From: Candidatus Altiarchaeota archaeon
GTDB taxonomy: Archaea > Altiarchaeota > Altiarchaeia > IMC4 > SCGC-AAA252-I15
Assembly: GCA_043813075.1 (NCBI GenBank)
Contig: JBDRLL010000034.1
Coordinates: 1 to 10,149 of the forward strand
Direction of reading: 5' to 3'
Length of the DNA stretch: 10,149 nucleotides
Shown here piece after piece: positions 6,792 to 10,149 of this stretch (the stretch's first letter is position 1; the number at the start of each line of letters is the position of its first letter). Both the position numbers and the translations under genes were made by a program. The notes beneath the pieces are model-generated. The model was given only the letters and a program-made list of their open reading frames with translations. It made no database searches and was not told where the DNA came from.

Positions 6792-8276
6792 ATGGGTTTC
6801 CTTTTGAAAATGCGTTTAGATGAGATAGAGTCGACTAGAGAAGTTGAGATACCTAAGAGCCCTATTGATAGGGTCATAGGACAGGAAAAGGCGATTGAGA
6901 AGGTCTCTGTCGCTGTTAGACAACGGAGGCATCTACTACTAGTCGGTCCTCCTGGGGTGGGTAAGAGCATGCTTGCGCAGGCAATGGCCTCCCATCTTAC
7001 GCAACCAAACGAGCAAGTAAGTGTCCTCCACAACCCGAATAACCCGCACAGGCCTCTTGTGGAGGTGTTGAATAGGGGTCAGGTGGAGAGGGAGAAGTGT
7101 GAGTTGGGGGAGGCTTCTGGGAGGATAGCGTCGGCTGTTGAAGTCCCATCATTTGTGTCTGAGAGGCTTGGCTACAGGTGTTCTAACTGTGGTTCACTGA
7201 GCCCGCCGGATAGCATAAGCTGCCCTGCGTGCGGCGCGAACAAGTATAGTAGGGTTAAGAGAGGCCGTAGGAGGAGCCCGTACACAGACCTCATAACAGA
7301 CGTCTTTGAGGTGGAGATGGGGGTTCCAGACACGGAGATAAGCACCACTAGGATAGGTTTGAACGGGATAGAGGAGGCGGTCGTATACCAGAGGGTTGAT
7401 GATGATAACATAAGGGTGTTAGACCAGGCAGCTCTTGAAGGGCTTCAGAGGCTGAATGATAGGAAGAAGAGGAATATCATCGTGCCGATAGACCGTAAGA
7501 TTTTCATCCACGCTACTGGGGCCAGTGAGACTGAGTTGCTTGGTGACGTGAGGCATGACCCCTACGGCAGCCACCCGGAGATTGGGACTCCAGCATACCT
7601 TAGGGTCGTCCCTGGCTCCGTCCATGAAGCGCATGAGGGGGTGCTGTTCATAGACGAGCTGCCCCATCTGGAGAAGCTTCAGAACTTCATATTAACTGCG
7701 ATGCAGGAGAGGAAGTTCCCGATAACGGGGAGGAACCCGCATTCCGCAGGAGCGTCAGTCAAGGTTGTTGACGTGCCATGTGACTTCCTATTCGTGGGAG
7801 CGTGCAACATAAGCGAGGTGGGGGGCATACTACCCCCATTGAGGTCAAGGATAATAGGCAATGGGTATGAGATACTCTTGAACACTAGCATGCCGGACAC
7901 CCCTGAAAACAGGGATAAGATACTCCAGTTCGTGGCGCAGGAGATTGTCTTGGATGGGAGGATACCACACGCTTCAAGGGAGGTTGTGGAAGTCATTATT
8001 GATGAGGCGAAGAGGAGGGCGTCGCTGGTGGATGAGGAGAGAAACGCCCTTACACTACGGCTTAGGGACCTGGGGGGTGTGGTGCGCATGGCAGGGGATC
8101 TAGCCGTGTTGGAGGATGCTGGGATGATAGAGGGCAGACACATTAGAAAGAGCCTTGAGGACGTTAAGAGCATAGAACACCAGCTACAGGAGAGGTATGG
8201 CACACTCTGGAAGGGTTTGGAGAAGGATAAGTCATTTGTCTTAGGGCAGGATAGGGTAGACCGCAGTTATGGGTGA
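6792..8276 (+). CDS. LonB-related AAA+ ATPase lacking the protease domain, with a Zn-ribbon insertion
   Basis: LonB-type IDRVIGQEKA, Walker A GPPGVGKS, ATGASETELLGDVRHDPY, Walker B VLFIDE, PCDF, PPLRSRI.GNGYE and LTLRLRDLGGVVRMAGDLA. CSNC-x10-CPAC at aa 130-147. The ORF ends with no Ser-Lys protease domain. An alternative start is ATG 6810. Confidence 0.88.
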   Translation: MGFLLKMRLDEIESTREVEIPKSPIDRVIGQEKAIEKVSVAVRQRRHLLLVGPPGVGKSMLAQAMASHLTQPNEQVSVLHNPNNPHRPLVEVLNRGQVEREKCELGEASGRIASAVEVPSFVSERLGYRCSNCGSLSPPDSISCPACGANKYSRVKRGRRRSPYTDLITDVFEVEMGVPDTEISTTRIGLNGIEEAVVYQRVDDDNIRVLDQAALEGLQRLNDRKKRNIIVPIDRKIFIHATGASETELLGDVRHDPYGSHPEIGTPAYLRVVPGSVHEAHEGVLFIDELPHLEKLQNFILTAMQERKFPITGRNPHSAGASVKVVDVPCDFLFVGACNISEVGGILPPLRSRIIGNGYEILLNTSMPDTPENRDKILQFVAQEIVLDGRIPHASREVVEVIIDEAKRRASLVDEERNALTLRLRDLGGVVRMAGDLAVLEDAGMIEGRHIRKSLEDVKSIEHQLQERYGTLWKGLEKDKSFVLGQDRVDRSYG

Positions 8277-9700
8277 GGGGGGTGACTTCGCGTATTATTC
8301 ACGGCCGCGAGGACGTTGACGTTGTGTTGGTCAACCCACCCTACGAAAGGCATTTAGTCAGAGGAAACGTGCATTATACTGCATCACCATTGGGATTAGC
8401 GTACCTTTCCGCCGTATTGAAGGGGGAGGGTTTCAGTGTGAGGGGCTACGACTTCTGCACTGGATTCACCAGCATGTACGACGCCCTGCAGGAGATATCG
8501 AAGCATAATCCTAGGGTTGTGGGAGTGAGTCTGAACAGTATGGGCTTGCGGTTCGCCCACATATTCTTCAAAAGCATCAGGGAGAGGATGCCTGACGTGA
8601 TAACGATTGCTGGAGGCCCACATGTCACAGTGGATCCTGAAGTCATCTTCGACCTTGGCGTAGACTATGGCCTCAGAGGTGAAAGCGAGGAAGACTTGGT
8701 TAAATTGTGCGGGAACGTGTTGAGGGGGGAGGCCTTTGGTGAGAGGGGTGGTGTTTTCTCAGGGAAGGATAGGGAGGATGTGGGATGTCCGTCAATTATC
8801 AGGAATATTGATGACATACCCTTCCCAGACAGGGGTTTGTTTGATGACAGCGCCTATAAGTTCCAGTCCATGGTTCTGTCACGGGGGTGTCCGTTCCAGT
8901 GCTCCTATTGTGGGATGGCAGGCACAGAATTCAGGCAGAGGGGTCTCGACAATGTAATGGATGAGATGAAGACGCTAGCTTCAAAGGGGTTCGCGTCAGT
9001 AGAGTTCGCGGACGATGTGTTCACGCTAGACAAGGATTATGTGATTCGACTGTGCGAGAGGATGATGGAGGGAAAACTAGGTTTCACGTGGTCTTGCACC
9101 ACTAGAACAGACCTTGTTGATGAAGAGCTTCTGAAGGCGATGAGGGATGCTGGCTGCAGGTACATATCATTTGGTGTGGAAAGCGGGGTGGAGCACATTA
9201 GGTACAGCCTAGGGAAGAAGATACCGAACGAGACGTATAGTGACATCTTCAGTGAATGTAGGAGGATTGGGATAAAAACCAGGGCCTACGGCATGCTAGG
9301 ACACCCAGGAGAGACGCTTAAGGACATGGAAGACACCATAGCGTTCATAAACAGCCTAAACCCAAATAACGTGCTTTACACCCCAACAATCATCTTCCCT
9401 GGCACAAGACTCATGGAATACTGTGTTAGAAACAATATTATTGAACCAGACGCGTGGAGGCAGTACATGAACGGCCTTAGGACGAGGCCCATATTCATCC
9501 CTGAGGGAATAAGTCCTGAAACGCTTGAAAAGACCATTTGGAGGGCGTATAACTCATTTTATCTTAGACCCCAGTTCATAAAAGAAAGGTTAATTGAGGC
9601 ACGGTCCATAAGCGATGTCGTTAGAGCTGGCGTGCTAACGACAGCATTGATAGGGGAGAGGGTATATAAGACGGGGGACCGAAGTAGATACGTAAGGTAG
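8273..9700 (+). CDS. Cobalamin-binding radical SAM enzyme (class B methyltransferase-like)
   Basis: N-terminal B12-binding domain motifs VVLVNPP, PLGLAYLSAVL, IAGGPHVT and GESE. CxxxCxxC motif SRGCPFQCSYC, then FADDVFT, GVESG, GHPGET and FPGT. Overlaps the ATPase by GTGA. Confidence 0.9.
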   Translation: MRGVTSRIIHGREDVDVVLVNPPYERHLVRGNVHYTASPLGLAYLSAVLKGEGFSVRGYDFCTGFTSMYDALQEISKHNPRVVGVSLNSMGLRFAHIFFKSIRERMPDVITIAGGPHVTVDPEVIFDLGVDYGLRGESEEDLVKLCGNVLRGEAFGERGGVFSGKDREDVGCPSIIRNIDDIPFPDRGLFDDSAYKFQSMVLSRGCPFQCSYCGMAGTEFRQRGLDNVMDEMKTLASKGFASVEFADDVFTLDKDYVIRLCERMMEGKLGFTWSCTTRTDLVDEELLKAMRDAGCRYISFGVESGVEHIRYSLGKKIPNETYSDIFSECRRIGIKTRAYGMLGHPGETLKDMEDTIAFINSLNPNNVLYTPTIIFPGTRLMEYCVRNNIIEPDAWRQYMNGLRTRPIFIPEGISPETLEKTIWRAYNSFYLRPQFIKERLIEARSISDVVRAGVLTTALIGERVYKTGDRSRYVR

Positions 9701-9706
9701 TGTAAC

Positions 9707-10149
9707 ATGAAGGCAGGATTGATAGGTTGTGGTGTCATAGGCTCCTACATTGCAATGGCATTCGACAAGGGAGTGATAGATGGAACGCTGACTGCGATAT
9801 ATGATGTGGATAGAGGTAAGGCGGAGAAGCTAGCGTCAACGCTAAAACGCAGGCCTGATGTTGCTGAAGACTTCAATCATCTGCTCGAGGGGGTGGATTT
9901 TGTGATAGAGGCAGCATCACAGGAAGCAGTTAGGCACTACATGGTGGGGGCGTTGGAGAAGGGCAGGGACGTGCTTATAATGAGTGTGGGCGCACTACTT
10001 GACGATGGAGTGTATGAGAGCGTGATTGAGGCCGCAAGACAGAAACACGCCAGGGTTTACGTGCCCTCCGGCGCGATAGGGGGTATTGACGCGATAACCT
10101 CCGCATCAATCGCAGGCATACGCGAAGTCACACTCACCACCACAAAACC
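9707..10149 (+). CDS. nadX: L-aspartate dehydrogenase (NAD biosynthesis), 5' partial, runs off the window
   Basis: My translation from ATG 9707 is MKAGLIGCGVIGSYIA...IYDVD...VDFVIEAASQEAV...DVLIMSVGALLD...VYVPSGAIGGIDAI...VTLTTTK. It has a Rossmann GxGxxG and NadX-typical motifs, and stays open to the window end. Confidence 0.92.
   Translation, partial: MKAGLIGCGVIGSYIAMAFDKGVIDGTLTAIYDVDRGKAEKLASTLKRRPDVAEDFNHLLEGVDFVIEAASQEAVRHYMVGALEKGRDVLIMSVGALLDDGVYESVIEAARQKHARVYVPSGAIGGIDAITSASIAGIREVTLTTTK

Noticed and set aside
5570-8276. Primase-helicase replication module of a mobile element
   Set aside because: DnaG is the chromosomal archaeal type, the ATPase is LonB-like rather than a recognised helicase, a terminator separates them, and no integrase or att sites are seen.
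852-9246. Numerous minus-strand and alternate-frame ORFs (e.g. 1085-1435, 3432-3881, 5608-5955, 7679-8203, 8736-8957)
   Set aside because: They lie within or across well-supported genes, are mostly S/T/P/L-rich antisense shadows, and have no recognisable motifs.
4829-9700. RiPP-like cluster (small ORF as precursor for the radical SAM enzyme)
   Set aside because: The small ORFs look globular, are separated from the radical SAM gene by housekeeping genes and a terminator, and no SPASM/RRE domain, peptidase or transporter is present.

Overview
Archaeal chromosomal window, densely coding on the + strand. In order: a small Myb/HTH-like ORF; a TMEM260/DUF2723-type GT-C glycosyltransferase with C-terminal TPRs; two overlapping PurP-family (ATP-grasp) paralogs; an 87-aa acidic hypothetical protein and a DUF167/UPF0235 protein; archaeal DnaG; a LonB-like AAA+ ATPase with no protease domain and a Zn-ribbon insert; a cobalamin-binding radical SAM enzyme; and the 5' part of aspartate dehydrogenase (nadX, missing from the ORF track). 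The most unexplained signals are non-coding. One is an approximately 150-nt dnaG leader that folds by eye into a multi-stem structure behind a palindromic TATA box. The other is a perfect palindrome at the left edge, apparently transcribed leftwards from a divergent promoter. No mobile element or CRISPR array is evident. All family calls come from motif recognition by eye, not from database searches.
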